This document shows, piece by piece, positions 45,767-54,078 of a stretch of 64,000 nt of DNA (its first letter is position 1; each line of letters starts with the position of its first letter). The DNA is from a virus. The position numbers and the translations under genes were made by a program. The notes beneath the pieces were generated by a model that had not been told where the DNA came from, ran no database searches, and saw only the letters and a list, made by a program, of their open reading frames with translations. Where the stretch lies: IMG/VR virus record IMGVR_UViG_3300022924_000001, positions 1 to 64,000 of that record. The stretch is one strand, 5' to 3'.

Positions 45767-46094
45767 TTGGTATGTAAATTGATTTATATTCGTTTTTAGG
45801 CCATTTATCTAAAGGGCATATTTCAGATTCCCCTGTTGGTGATACATATTTTACTTTCTTGGCTATATTACACCCGCAGCTTGGTTCCAGACATACACCT
45901 TCAAACTTCTCCGATTTAAATACGGTATCGAGTACGCGATTTAAAAACAATTTGGTTTTCTGCATGAAACTATAATTGTCAAAATTAAGGGAGTTATAGT
46001 AACATAGCTTGCATATCTCCAGTCTTTGCTTGGATATTTCTGTTTCGTTTTGGTTTACTATGCGGGAATATATCGCCTTAAATGCTTTTATCAT
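45747..46094 (-). CDS. Cys-rich (zinc-ribbon-like) protein (115 aa)
   Basis: CKLCYYN ... CLEPSCGCN ... CPLDKW. Its start overlaps the GroEL stop (TAATG). Confidence 0.55.
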   Translation of the reverse strand: MIKAFKAIYSRIVNQNETEISKQRLEICKLCYYNSLNFDNYSFMQKTKLFLNRVLDTVFKSEKFEGVCLEPSCGCNIAKKVKYVSPTGESEICPLDKWPKNEYKSIYIPNGKTNK

Positions 46095-47644
46095 TACATG
46101 AACGCTTCAGAATTATATACTATACACTCGGTAGATAAAAATGCTGTGGCTATAGAACTTGCATTCTGCAATGCATTTACAGCTATCTTGGTAGGATCTA
46201 TAATACCCTCATCAAAAAGGTTTACTATTTTCTCCGTGACAACATTATACCCCATACCATAAACATCAATATCCAGTTTATTTTCTATCTCCGCATTTTT
46301 CAATATCTGTAAATAAGGATATTCAATCGCTCTTTTAAGAACGTTTACAGCCTCATTTTCAGCATCACCTGCCAATACTTTTGCAGCATGAAGATAAGCT
46401 GTCCCTCCTCCTGCAAGATACCCTGACTCTATTGCGTTTCTTACAGCATGGTAAGCATCCTCATACCTGTCATATTTCTCTTTTATTTCTACAGCTGAAT
46501 AACCCCCTACCTTAATAACGGCAACTCCTCCTGATAATTTGGCAAGTCTCTGTTTTTGGTTGTTTTTTTCATGGCCTTCCTCTGTATTCTGGATTTGGGC
46601 TTTCAGCTGTACCTGTCTTTCCTTTATCTTATTTTTATCTCCGGCTCCCCCTACAATGGTGGTGTTTTCTTTGGCTATTGTTATTTTAGAACATTCACCA
46701 AGCATATCTTCAGTGACATCTTTCAGGGAACTGCCATCTTCTTTGGATATTACTTTACCACCTGTAAGTACTGCAATGTCTTCCAAATTATTTTGCCTTC
46801 TGTCTCCATACCCCGGCGCTTTTACTGCCACTGCCCTTAGCTGTTGGTTTCTGAAATTTGCTACAAGCGTACTTAAGGTAGTCGGGTCAATATCTTCAGC
46901 TATAATCAGCAAAGGTCGGTTTTTATTTACCGCTATGGAGCAGATATCTAATATATCCATTATGTTCTCTATGTGGTCATTATAGAGAAGTATAAAAGGG
47001 TTATCTAATTCACATAAAGCCTTTTCGAAGTTGTTTTGAAAGTAGGGTGATAGGTATCCATTATCAAAGTTCATACCCTCAACAAAATCAACCACAGTTG
47101 TATTACCGTTTGATTCTTCAATTGTAACTACACCTTCTCTGCCCACTTTAGTTATGGTATCCACAATTATCTTGGCGATATCTTTGTCACCATTTGCAGA
47201 CACCCTTCCAATCTGTAATTGTATTTTTCTATTTGTTGCCTTTTTTGACAGTTTTTTAAGTTCTGCAATTACTTTTTCGGTGGCAAGATCAATCCCCTTT
47301 TTAAGGTCAGACAAGCTTATACCTTTTTCTATGGCGGCATATCCTTCTGAAATTATAGCCTGCGTAAGAACAGTCGCTGTAGTAGTACCGTCACCCGATA
47401 CGTCATTGGTCTTCTGGGCTACGTTACGAGCCATTTCAGCCCCTATATTCTCAATTGGGTCATCTAGTACTATATCCCTAGCGATAGAGGCTCCATCTTT
47501 AGTAATTACAGTGTTGAATCCTTCCTTTTTAATTATTACATTTTTACCTCTGGCACCTAAAGTTACCTTTACTGCATTAGCAAGTTTGTCAACCCCGGCT
47601 TTTAGTTTGTCTCTGGATTCCTGTCCTGTTATTATCTGGTTCAT
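46094..47644 (-). CDS. groL: GroEL-family chaperonin (Cpn60) homolog, 516 aa
   Basis: AGVDKLANAVKVTLGARGKNVII, VSGDGTTTATVLTQAI (the conserved DGTTTATVL nucleotide-binding motif), GGGTAYLHA. Collinear with GroEL but lacks the C-terminal GGM tail. Confidence 0.9.
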   Translation of the reverse strand: MNQIITGQESRDKLKAGVDKLANAVKVTLGARGKNVIIKKEGFNTVITKDGASIARDIVLDDPIENIGAEMARNVAQKTNDVSGDGTTTATVLTQAIISEGYAAIEKGISLSDLKKGIDLATEKVIAELKKLSKKATNRKIQLQIGRVSANGDKDIAKIIVDTITKVGREGVVTIEESNGNTTVVDFVEGMNFDNGYLSPYFQNNFEKALCELDNPFILLYNDHIENIMDILDICSIAVNKNRPLLIIAEDIDPTTLSTLVANFRNQQLRAVAVKAPGYGDRRQNNLEDIAVLTGGKVISKEDGSSLKDVTEDMLGECSKITIAKENTTIVGGAGDKNKIKERQVQLKAQIQNTEEGHEKNNQKQRLAKLSGGVAVIKVGGYSAVEIKEKYDRYEDAYHAVRNAIESGYLAGGGTAYLHAAKVLAGDAENEAVNVLKRAIEYPYLQILKNAEIENKLDIDVYGMGYNVVTEKIVNLFDEGIIDPTKIAVNALQNASSIATAFLSTECIVYNSEAFM

Positions 47645-47922
47645 TATTGAAATACGTGTAAAATTGGAGATGAATTGCCACCATTGTTATGACGCGAGCC
47701 ATCAACAGGGATAATACTTACATTATAATCAGAGTTGTATTTATTTATGGCCTCAGCTAAACCTAGGTCTTTATACTCTTTTGGAAAATAAGAGATATCG
47801 AAGATAATTCTTTTAGGAGCACCTGATTTTAAATTGATCGGTACAATACCGAGTTCTTTTAACTTTTGATTTCGCTCAAATTTGTTCAAATCCTCAATGA
47901 AATCGTTTAAATCTTTAGTCAT
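47644..47922 (-). CDS. hypothetical protein (92 aa)
   Basis: ORF track. Its stop shares a nucleotide with the GroEL start. Confidence 0.55.
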   Translation of the reverse strand: MTKDLNDFIEDLNKFERNQKLKELGIVPINLKSGAPKRIIFDISYFPKEYKDLGLAEAINKYNSDYNVSIIPVDGSRHNNGGNSSPILHVFQ

Positions 47923-48413
47923 TATTTTTTGTTATAATTAATATTTTGTAACTCTTCTACTGCGGCGTATATTTCTCCTGACTTTCGTGCTCCCGCATAC
48001 TTGTAATTTTCATATTGCGGGGGCAGGGCACATCTAAATTTTGATGCTAAAGGTAAAAGATAATGCTTTGTTCTGGATTTATAAGTGTTGCTCTCGTCCT
48101 TGTACATTTCTATTCTTGCCTGCCTGTGTTGCCAAAAATCATGTTTTTTTTGAAGTTCTTCATCTTCCTTGTGTTTTAACTGGAACCTTAAATCGCGTAC
48201 TATGTCGTTTATCTTGATCTTGCTTTGGTAAATTATCCCCAGATTAGGAAGGTGTATGGCATATATATCCCTTTCTTTTGTCTGTTCAACAATAAACTTG
48301 AACATATTCCTCTGCACTGCCAGACAACGCTCATAATCCAAACCTGTATTTTCACTTACTTCTCTTGCTATATCCTCCTCATAGGATATTTCGGTTAGCT
48401 CTTTGTTAAACAT
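47922..48413 (-). CDS. hypothetical protein (163 aa), regulator-like
   Basis: ORF track. Second gene of the minus-strand module. ISYEEDIAREVSENTGLDYERCLAV looks HTH-like (weak). Confidence 0.5.
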   Translation of the reverse strand: MFNKELTEISYEEDIAREVSENTGLDYERCLAVQRNMFKFIVEQTKERDIYAIHLPNLGIIYQSKIKINDIVRDLRFQLKHKEDEELQKKHDFWQHRQARIEMYKDESNTYKSRTKHYLLPLASKFRCALPPQYENYKYAGARKSGEIYAAVEELQNINYNKK

Positions 48414-48804
48414 TTCTAAAGCCTATTGTGTAAAGTCTGTATTTTTTTTCTATAAAAGTCTGCCGGATTGATTTGAGGTCTTCATTAAGTTCAAATTTTC
48501 TCATATTGTTCCTGCAAGTAATAAGATATCCTTTATCCCTCAGTTGTTTGTTTATCCCGTGAAGGTGGTTCTTCTTTTTGTTTAGGTCGGCACATACCAT
48601 ATCTAGCGTGTCATCAGAAATACCCTTCCTTACATAATAAACAAGTATGTTTTTTTCAAACTCCCTCAACCTGTCACTGCCCGTAAATTTGATTATGCTG
48701 TAAATGGATATAATCCTTTCTACCAAGTCGATTTCGTTCTTGATTTCACAGGTATTCAGGTGTATATTTACAGGAGTAGCTGACATGGATGTAAAATTAA
48801 TCAT
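48406..48804 (-). CDS. hypothetical protein (132 aa), winged-helix-like
   Basis: ORF track. First gene of the minus-strand module. INKQLRDKGYLI is wHTH-like (weak). Confidence 0.5.
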   Translation of the reverse strand: MINFTSMSATPVNIHLNTCEIKNEIDLVERIISIYSIIKFTGSDRLREFEKNILVYYVRKGISDDTLDMVCADLNKKKNHLHGINKQLRDKGYLITCRNNMRKFELNEDLKSIRQTFIEKKYRLYTIGFRNV

Positions 48805-48912
48805 TTTTATAGTATCTTCCTAATGTTTTAACTTTTTATTAAGAAAATTATAATTTATTTTTATTATGAGACTTTTTCAGCTAAGTAATTTTTTTGGGGG
48901 GTTTTCATTTTG

Positions 48913-48920
48913 TAATTTTG
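48913..48920 (+). promoter_or_regulatory. -7 box TAATTTTG
   Basis: Matches TAnnTTTG, 17 nt before the ATG at 48938. Confidence 0.5.
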
Positions 48921-48937
48921 CATAAAAACCAGTTATA

Positions 48938-49192
48938 ATGAAAGATTACGATGAATTCTATAGCCTGATATGGGGATACTATTTGCAGCCAAGTGACGTA
49001 TCCTACGATTACAGGGAACTTCACACAGACTTCATAAGAAACCTTACGTTTGGTTTTTACAGGGACTACGAGAAGAATAATGTGCATGTATCAGTATATG
49101 CCAAGGCTATGAAAACAGTTTTTATTAACCTGTTCTTGTTTTCTCCTGAGACTACTGACTTTGGAGACTCAAAAGATTATAATGATATTTAG
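48938..49192 (+). CDS. stand-alone hypothetical protein (84 aa)
   Basis: ORF track. It has its own -7 box and its own terminator. Confidence 0.6.
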   Translation: MKDYDEFYSLIWGYYLQPSDVSYDYRELHTDFIRNLTFGFYRDYEKNNVHVSVYAKAMKTVFINLFLFSPETTDFGDSKDYNDI

Positions 49193-49207
49193 TTGTTGAT
49201 TTGTTTT

Positions 49208-49240
49208 GCCCCGGCGTTTTATTTTGGCTGGGGCTTTTTT
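49208..49240 (+). terminator. rho-independent terminator
   Basis: GCCCCGGC-11 nt loop-GCTGGGGC (8 bp including one G.U) followed by TTTTTT. Confidence 0.7.
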
Positions 49241-49259
49241 AAACTTATAATCTAATTAG

Positions 49260-49291
49260 TTTGGTGATCCGATAAAGATTTTGTATATTTG
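49260..49291 (+). promoter_or_regulatory. full consensus Bacteroidota-type promoter TTTG-N20-TATATTTG
   Basis: TTTG at 49260-49263 and TATATTTG at 49284-49291. It points into ~800 nt with no ORF. Confidence 0.55.
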
Positions 49292-49297
49292 TCTTAT

Positions 49298-49980
49298 ATA
49301 TGAGCTAATCATATTGTTGCCGGAAAGTGCGTTTCAATAGACGTGATATAGTAGGTTTTAATCGGTTTAATTACTGATAGCATGCATCACTTTTTCTGGC
49401 TTAAATTATAATTATGAAAAAAGATATATTGCTGTGGGATATCATCCGAATGAAGGATATAGACCTAATATAAAAATAAATGTTAAAATATTTGGTAGTT
49501 AAAATTAAATAAACTACTTTTGTTCAATCAATATTTCGAATCAAATTATTAAGGGTTGTGGAAATTCCTAAAATAGATATTATATAAAAATAAATCTCCT
49601 TGAATACTAGCTAATTTCCACTTTAGGCTTTTATTCTTGGGGATTTTTTTATTTTATAACGTGAGGCTACGAATGTTTATTCGTTCACGTTGAGGAGAGA
49701 TTAACTCCAAAGCTAAAAGGAAGAGGGAGGCAAATTGTCTAGTCCGCCTGAGAGTAGGCTGTATTAGTTCAGCCTTAATAAAATAAAAAACTAATACCAT
49801 TATATGGTCGTTCTGTAAGGCGTTGGGCGTTAGCCTTAAATAAATATAAATCCTATTGTGAGCGAAGCGAAATCAGCGTAAGCTGTTAAATAACAAATAG
49901 TTATTTATGTTATAAATAACAGAGTAACGCAGCGCAGCGTAGTTTACGATGTTATTCCCTTGCCTTGGGAAAGGCATTTA
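49298..49980 (+). ncRNA. candidate structured non-coding transcript(s), class unknown
   Basis: There is no ORF longer than 20 codons, and a promoter lies upstream. Long-range stem 49319-49329/49388-49400. Nested hairpin 49658-49691. GNRA-capped hairpins CAGC-GTAA-GCTG (49874-85) and TGCCTT-GGGA-AAGGCA (49961-76). 9-bp hairpin 49900-49920. The 49655-49985 island is locally less AT-rich. Confidence 0.35.
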
Positions 49981-50090
49981 TAAACAGAAAACAACGTATC
50001 CCACTTTCAATCGGTTGGTTTGTTACCTGCTTAAAAATAGTATTTAATAGAAAATTAATTGTAACTTTAATAGGTTATAAATAAAAATAT

Positions 50091-50098
50091 TTGTAAAT
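50091..50098 (+). promoter_or_regulatory. -7 box TAAATTTG for the early operon
   Basis: Matches TAnnTTTG, 15 nt before the ATG at 50114. Confidence 0.5.
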
Positions 50099-50113
50099 TT
50101 GAACTATAAATCT

Positions 50114-50686
50114 ATGATTATGAAATATTATGCAGTTAAGACAGGTAAAATTCCGGGAATATACTATAATTGGGATGAATGTAAGGATCAAATAAACAAA
50201 TATCCCGGAGCTATATTTAAATCTTTTGAAAATATAGAACAAGCGAATAAGTTCTTAACAGGTAAAGAATATAATACTGATAGATATACAGTTGACTCAC
50301 TTAACTGTGATGGAGCTTATTCTGCTAGAACTAATATCATGGAGTATAATATAGCGGATACAACAACAGGTAAGATTCTGGTAAACAAAAAGTTTGACGG
50401 CGGTACAAATAACATAGCCGAATTTTTAGGACTAGTAGAAGCTATGAGGTTATTAAAAACAAATAATATTGATAAAATAATATACACTGACTCTTTAACA
50501 GCATTGGCTTGGGTAAGGAATAAAAATATCAACAGTGTTTATGACATAACTGATAATAAAAAGATAGAACAGGATGTTTGGGGTGCGCGGGTATTTCTCT
50601 CAAAAATTAATATTTCTGATTTCAATCTGAAAAAGTGGGATACTGTAAATTGGGGACAAATACCAAGTGATTTCGGAAGAAAATAA
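50114..50686 (+). CDS. rnhA: RNase H1 with N-terminal hybrid-binding (HBD) domain
   Basis: YYAVKTGKIPGIYYNWDECKDQINKYPGAIFKSFENIEQANKFL is the RNase H1 N-terminal dsRNA/hybrid-binding domain. Catalytic motifs CDGAY, TNNIAEFLGLVEA and IYTDS. The track start at 50099 is TTG; the ATG at 50114 (or 50120) is preferred. Confidence 0.85.
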   Translation: MIMKYYAVKTGKIPGIYYNWDECKDQINKYPGAIFKSFENIEQANKFLTGKEYNTDRYTVDSLNCDGAYSARTNIMEYNIADTTTGKILVNKKFDGGTNNIAEFLGLVEAMRLLKTNNIDKIIYTDSLTALAWVRNKNINSVYDITDNKKIEQDVWGARVFLSKINISDFNLKKWDTVNWGQIPSDFGRK

Positions 50687-50693
50687 ATTAATA

Positions 50694-50921
50694 ATGAATA
50701 TAAGTAAACCGGTTTATTTGATAGTTTTAAATGGTGATGCAAGAGATTATGTCATTCAATCAACGCAGCCATTAATAGTTAGGTATCAGCGCCACACAGA
50801 TAAAACAGAAATTTTATTAATGGTCAATAATAATAACTCTTATGAAGATATTAAGAAGCAGTATTCACAAATGTCTCTATTAATGGTTAGATATTTAGAA
50901 AATGGAATACATTTAAATTAA
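50694..50921 (+). CDS. hypothetical protein (75 aa from ATG 50694)
   Basis: ORF track frame. The track start at 50667 is GTG and overlaps the RNase H gene. Confidence 0.5.
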   Translation: MNISKPVYLIVLNGDARDYVIQSTQPLIVRYQRHTDKTEILLMVNNNNSYEDIKKQYSQMSLLMVRYLENGIHLN

Positions 50922-50926
50922 AAAAT

Positions 50927-51061
50927 ATGGAAGAGTTAGAAAAAATTTTAGGGCGTAAATTAAAAGGCAGTGAGTTACTACTTTCCTCTATGTACGGAGA
51001 TAATAAGCTTTATAAACCTGTTAAAGACTCAAATGGTAATTTAAAATACGAAACAATATAA
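50927..51061 (+). CDS. hypothetical small protein (44 aa)
   Basis: Read by hand: MEELEKILGRKLKGSELLLSSMYGDNKLYKPVKDSNGNLKYETI. It exactly fills the gap between its neighbours. Confidence 0.4.
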   Translation: MEELEKILGRKLKGSELLLSSMYGDNKLYKPVKDSNGNLKYETI

Positions 51062-51063
51062 TT

Positions 51064-51357
51064 ATGAGTAAAGAAGATAGAACTGAAGATGTTTTAGCAT
51101 GCATGGAAGGTGTAAAACCCTATTCAAAAGATGAGCATATTATATGTATCAAAAAACGATATAATGCAGAAATATTAGACATTATATCAGATTTAAAAAC
51201 TGTATTTCCTTATTTAAGTGTAAATGAGCAAGTAATTCATGATTTCGTACCGCAGACAATTGAAGAACGCGACGGGCGGGAGAATTATATCCAATTTGTT
51301 TTAATGAAGGAGTTAAGAAATGTTGTAAATCAAATTAGAGATGCTAAAACTAAGTAA
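51064..51357 (+). CDS. hypothetical protein (97 aa)
   Basis: ORF track. Confidence 0.55.
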   Translation: MSKEDRTEDVLACMEGVKPYSKDEHIICIKKRYNAEILDIISDLKTVFPYLSVNEQVIHDFVPQTIEERDGRENYIQFVLMKELRNVVNQIRDAKTK

Positions 51358-51437
51358 TAAAACTCCCCCATTATAATACTAACATTAAATATATTATTGG
51401 TATAGACTATAATGGGGGGTAAATTTACAAATATAAA

Positions 51438-51620
51438 ATGGCAGCAAGTGTAATAGAAGAAAAACGTTTAAAGTGGATAACAGATACCAATCAGGTCATA
51501 ATAGGGTATAAGGTATATGCTTTACAAAACGGAAAAGTTAGTATTTGCGCCGGAGGAATATCAGAACCAGAAGATGTAGAGCGCGCAATAAAATATTTTA
51601 AAACAAAAAAGATGTTATGA
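51438..51620 (+). CDS. hypothetical protein (60 aa)
   Basis: ORF track. Its stop overlaps the next start (ATGA). Confidence 0.5.
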   Translation: MAASVIEEKRLKWITDTNQVIIGYKVYALQNGKVSICAGGISEPEDVERAIKYFKTKKML

Positions 51621-52054
51621 CAGTAGTATCGACCGATTGGTTAACTGATAAATTACAAGAGCTCCACCAAGCACTAAGTTATCTAAATATTAAGTATGAG
51701 TATAGGAAAAACATGCAATTACATATTGTGGGTGTAACTCCACTACAGCATTATAAAGGCGATAAGAGTTATATAGATAAGGAAATAGAGCTAGAAACTC
51801 TATTCGAACAAATGTTTCCAAATGAAGAAATAGTGTTTGTATCAGATGACTCATTAATACAAGTTGAAAATCCAATACTTATTTTAGAGAGTATAATGTA
51901 CGATTACAGCTACGGAAAGGATTATGAAGACAGGATTTGGATAAATATATTTAGTGGTGATAAAGAGCTTATACGACTACCAAAATTATACCGAGGAGAT
52001 GTTTATTCTAATATCACCTTCCACAGACCAGAAAATACGCTATTAAAATTATGA
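51617..52054 (+). CDS. hypothetical protein (145 aa)
   Basis: ORF track, coupled overlaps at both ends. Confidence 0.6.
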   Translation: MTVVSTDWLTDKLQELHQALSYLNIKYEYRKNMQLHIVGVTPLQHYKGDKSYIDKEIELETLFEQMFPNEEIVFVSDDSLIQVENPILILESIMYDYSYGKDYEDRIWINIFSGDKELIRLPKLYRGDVYSNITFHRPENTLLKL

Positions 52055-52233
52055 AAACAATTAAAGAAATTTCCGCGGCTATAAATAAAGAAAACTTTGA
52101 AAGATTTATGGTTGATTTTACAAAAACACTTTATTATTTCTGTGAGTTAAAAGAAGTTGATCCAGGTTTATTAATGGGCGATTATCGATGGACGGATGAT
52201 AATATAAATACAATAAGCTTTTATAACGAATAA
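52051..52233 (+). CDS. hypothetical protein (60 aa)
   Basis: ORF track. Confidence 0.5.
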   Translation: MKTIKEISAAINKENFERFMVDFTKTLYYFCELKEVDPGLLMGDYRWTDDNINTISFYNE

Positions 52234-52251
52234 TAAATTAAAATTTTAGAG

Positions 52252-52500
52252 ATGAAAAAAATTTGGCAAAAGATTGAGAATTTGTTTGAGAAAGATACTT
52301 ACTGGATATTGACAGTATTTCATACCAATGAGAAGTTTAGCCAGCACTCTACTATGTGCATATCTTACAATGGTGTTTTTCCTAATAAGGAAGCATTAAA
52401 ACGTTACATTAAGGAGACTAATGGATATGATAACTTTAATATTCTTTTTATGAAACAGCTTAGTAAAAAACAATATAATAAATATATAACACTAGAGTAA
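52252..52500 (+). CDS. hypothetical protein (82 aa)
   Basis: ORF track. Confidence 0.55.
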   Translation: MKKIWQKIENLFEKDTYWILTVFHTNEKFSQHSTMCISYNGVFPNKEALKRYIKETNGYDNFNILFMKQLSKKQYNKYITLE

Positions 52501-52504
52501 AACT

Positions 52505-52891
52505 ATGAATTTATTTGAAATACTAGGAATAATAGCAGTGCACTGGTTTGCTGATTTTGTTTTACAAACAGACAGTCAGGCAAAAGGAAAGAGTAAAAAT
52601 TGGGGTGACTTATTGTCACATACAGCTACATACAGTTTGGTGTGGTGTATTGTTTTTGCATTTCTTTTTCTTATGTCTCCCTGGACAGTAGATCAAGCGT
52701 TTAATATGGTGATATTATTCCCGCTAATAACCTTTGTCTTCTACACAGTACAGGATTATATTACTAGCCGGGAAAATAGCAAGGTATGGGAAGAAAAGAA
52801 AATACATAAATTCTTTATACTCATAGGATTTGACCAACTCTTGCATTATGATCAATTATTTATCACCTATTGGTTATTAATGGGTAAGTAA
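52505..52891 (+). CDS. integral membrane protein, DUF3307-like (128 aa)
   Basis: HWFADFVLQT resembles the H..DF.LQ signature of DUF3307. Several TM helices. Confidence 0.5.
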   Translation: MNLFEILGIIAVHWFADFVLQTDSQAKGKSKNWGDLLSHTATYSLVWCIVFAFLFLMSPWTVDQAFNMVILFPLITFVFYTVQDYITSRENSKVWEEKKIHKFFILIGFDQLLHYDQLFITYWLLMGK

Positions 52892-52917
52892 AATTAGGAT
52901 ATTAGGTATATAATAAT

Positions 52918-52925
52918 TATATTTG
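52918..52925 (+). promoter_or_regulatory. -7 box TATATTTG upstream of the recA-like gene
   Basis: Matches TAnnTTTG, 23 nt before the ATG at 52949. Confidence 0.45.
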
Positions 52926-52948
52926 TAGCAATAAAAATTAAACATTAG

Positions 52949-53932
52949 ATGGCTAAAAGTAAAGTAGACGAGGTTAAAAAACAGGGGTTGGATTCATTTA
53001 TGGATGAGATGAACAAAACCTTTGGTAAGGAAATATTTGTAAAGGATCTCAAAAACGTAACTGTAACTAAAATAGGTACCGGTAGTCTTGCACTAGATAT
53101 TGCATTGGATGGAGGGTTCCCAAAAGGAAAGATGGCAGAGGTATTTGGAATAAACCAGTCAGGTAAATCATCCTGTTGTTTTGAGACCGCAGCAAATTTT
53201 CAAAGGGATTACCCAGATGAACCAATAATACTGATTGATCTTGAGGATACTTTTACAGATGGTTATGTAAAATCATTAGGTTTAAATACAGATAAAAATT
53301 TCAGGGTCATGAAGCCTAAAACAGGAGAGCAAACTTATGAAATACTTATCAGTTTTGCTAAAAATATAGTAGGAGGCCTAATTATTTTAGACAGTTTTGC
53401 TTTACTACTACCATCAAAAGAAGATGAAGGAGATATGGGGGCAGCTCAAATGGGAAGCAGTGCAAGATTAAATTCACAGGGTCTAAGAAAGTTATTCCCT
53501 CACAGTTCGCAAAATGGCACTACAATACTATTTATAAACCAAATCCGTACAACTTTCGACATATACTCGCCTATTGCGACATCAGGCGGAAAATCCCTAC
53601 CTTTTTATAGCAGAACGCGATTAAATTTATCTAAGGTTAAAGGCGAAGATGGAGTTTCTAATGGGTGTAATATAAAACTAGAGAAAGCCACTTATGGTAA
53701 AGAGGGTACAAAAGTAAATACCTTTAGATTACTGAAGGGTAAGTTTGACAAGTTAAGGGAAATTGTAGAGTGTGGAGAGACAGCAGGGATAATAAAAAGA
53801 TCTGGCGCTTACTTTTCTTATAAAGATACCACATTAGGTCAAGGTATGACAAAAGCCAAACAAACCCTTGAAGACAATCCAGAACTTACCGAAGAATTAG
53901 AAAAAAGTATTAGGCAGCATTACGGAATATGA
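52949..53932 (+). CDS. recA: RecA-family recombinase
   Basis: GSLALDIALDGGFPKGKMAEVFGINQSGKSS parallels RecA LDIALG.GG.P.GRI.EIYGPESSGKTT (Walker A). IILDSFALL is the Walker B region. FINQIR. Confidence 0.85.
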   Translation: MAKSKVDEVKKQGLDSFMDEMNKTFGKEIFVKDLKNVTVTKIGTGSLALDIALDGGFPKGKMAEVFGINQSGKSSCCFETAANFQRDYPDEPIILIDLEDTFTDGYVKSLGLNTDKNFRVMKPKTGEQTYEILISFAKNIVGGLIILDSFALLLPSKEDEGDMGAAQMGSSARLNSQGLRKLFPHSSQNGTTILFINQIRTTFDIYSPIATSGGKSLPFYSRTRLNLSKVKGEDGVSNGCNIKLEKATYGKEGTKVNTFRLLKGKFDKLREIVECGETAGIIKRSGAYFSYKDTTLGQGMTKAKQTLEDNPELTEELEKSIRQHYGI

Positions 53933-54078
53933 TCCTACACATAAAACCAATAAAAGATTTAAAAGAACATGAGGAATGCTCAACCTGTCATTGCTGTCCA
54001 CGAGCTGAAATAGTGGAAGGCGGAATATTAATTATACACAATGCTTATGATGGGAGAAGGCAATCAAAAAAAATATGA
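53929..54078 (+). CDS. hypothetical small Cys-rich protein (49 aa)
   Basis: Read by hand: MILHIKPIKDLKEHEECSTCHCCPRAEIVEGGILIIHNAYDGRRQSKKI. It overlaps both neighbours by 4 nt (ATGA). Confidence 0.4.
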   Translation: MILHIKPIKDLKEHEECSTCHCCPRAEIVEGGILIIHNAYDGRRQSKKI

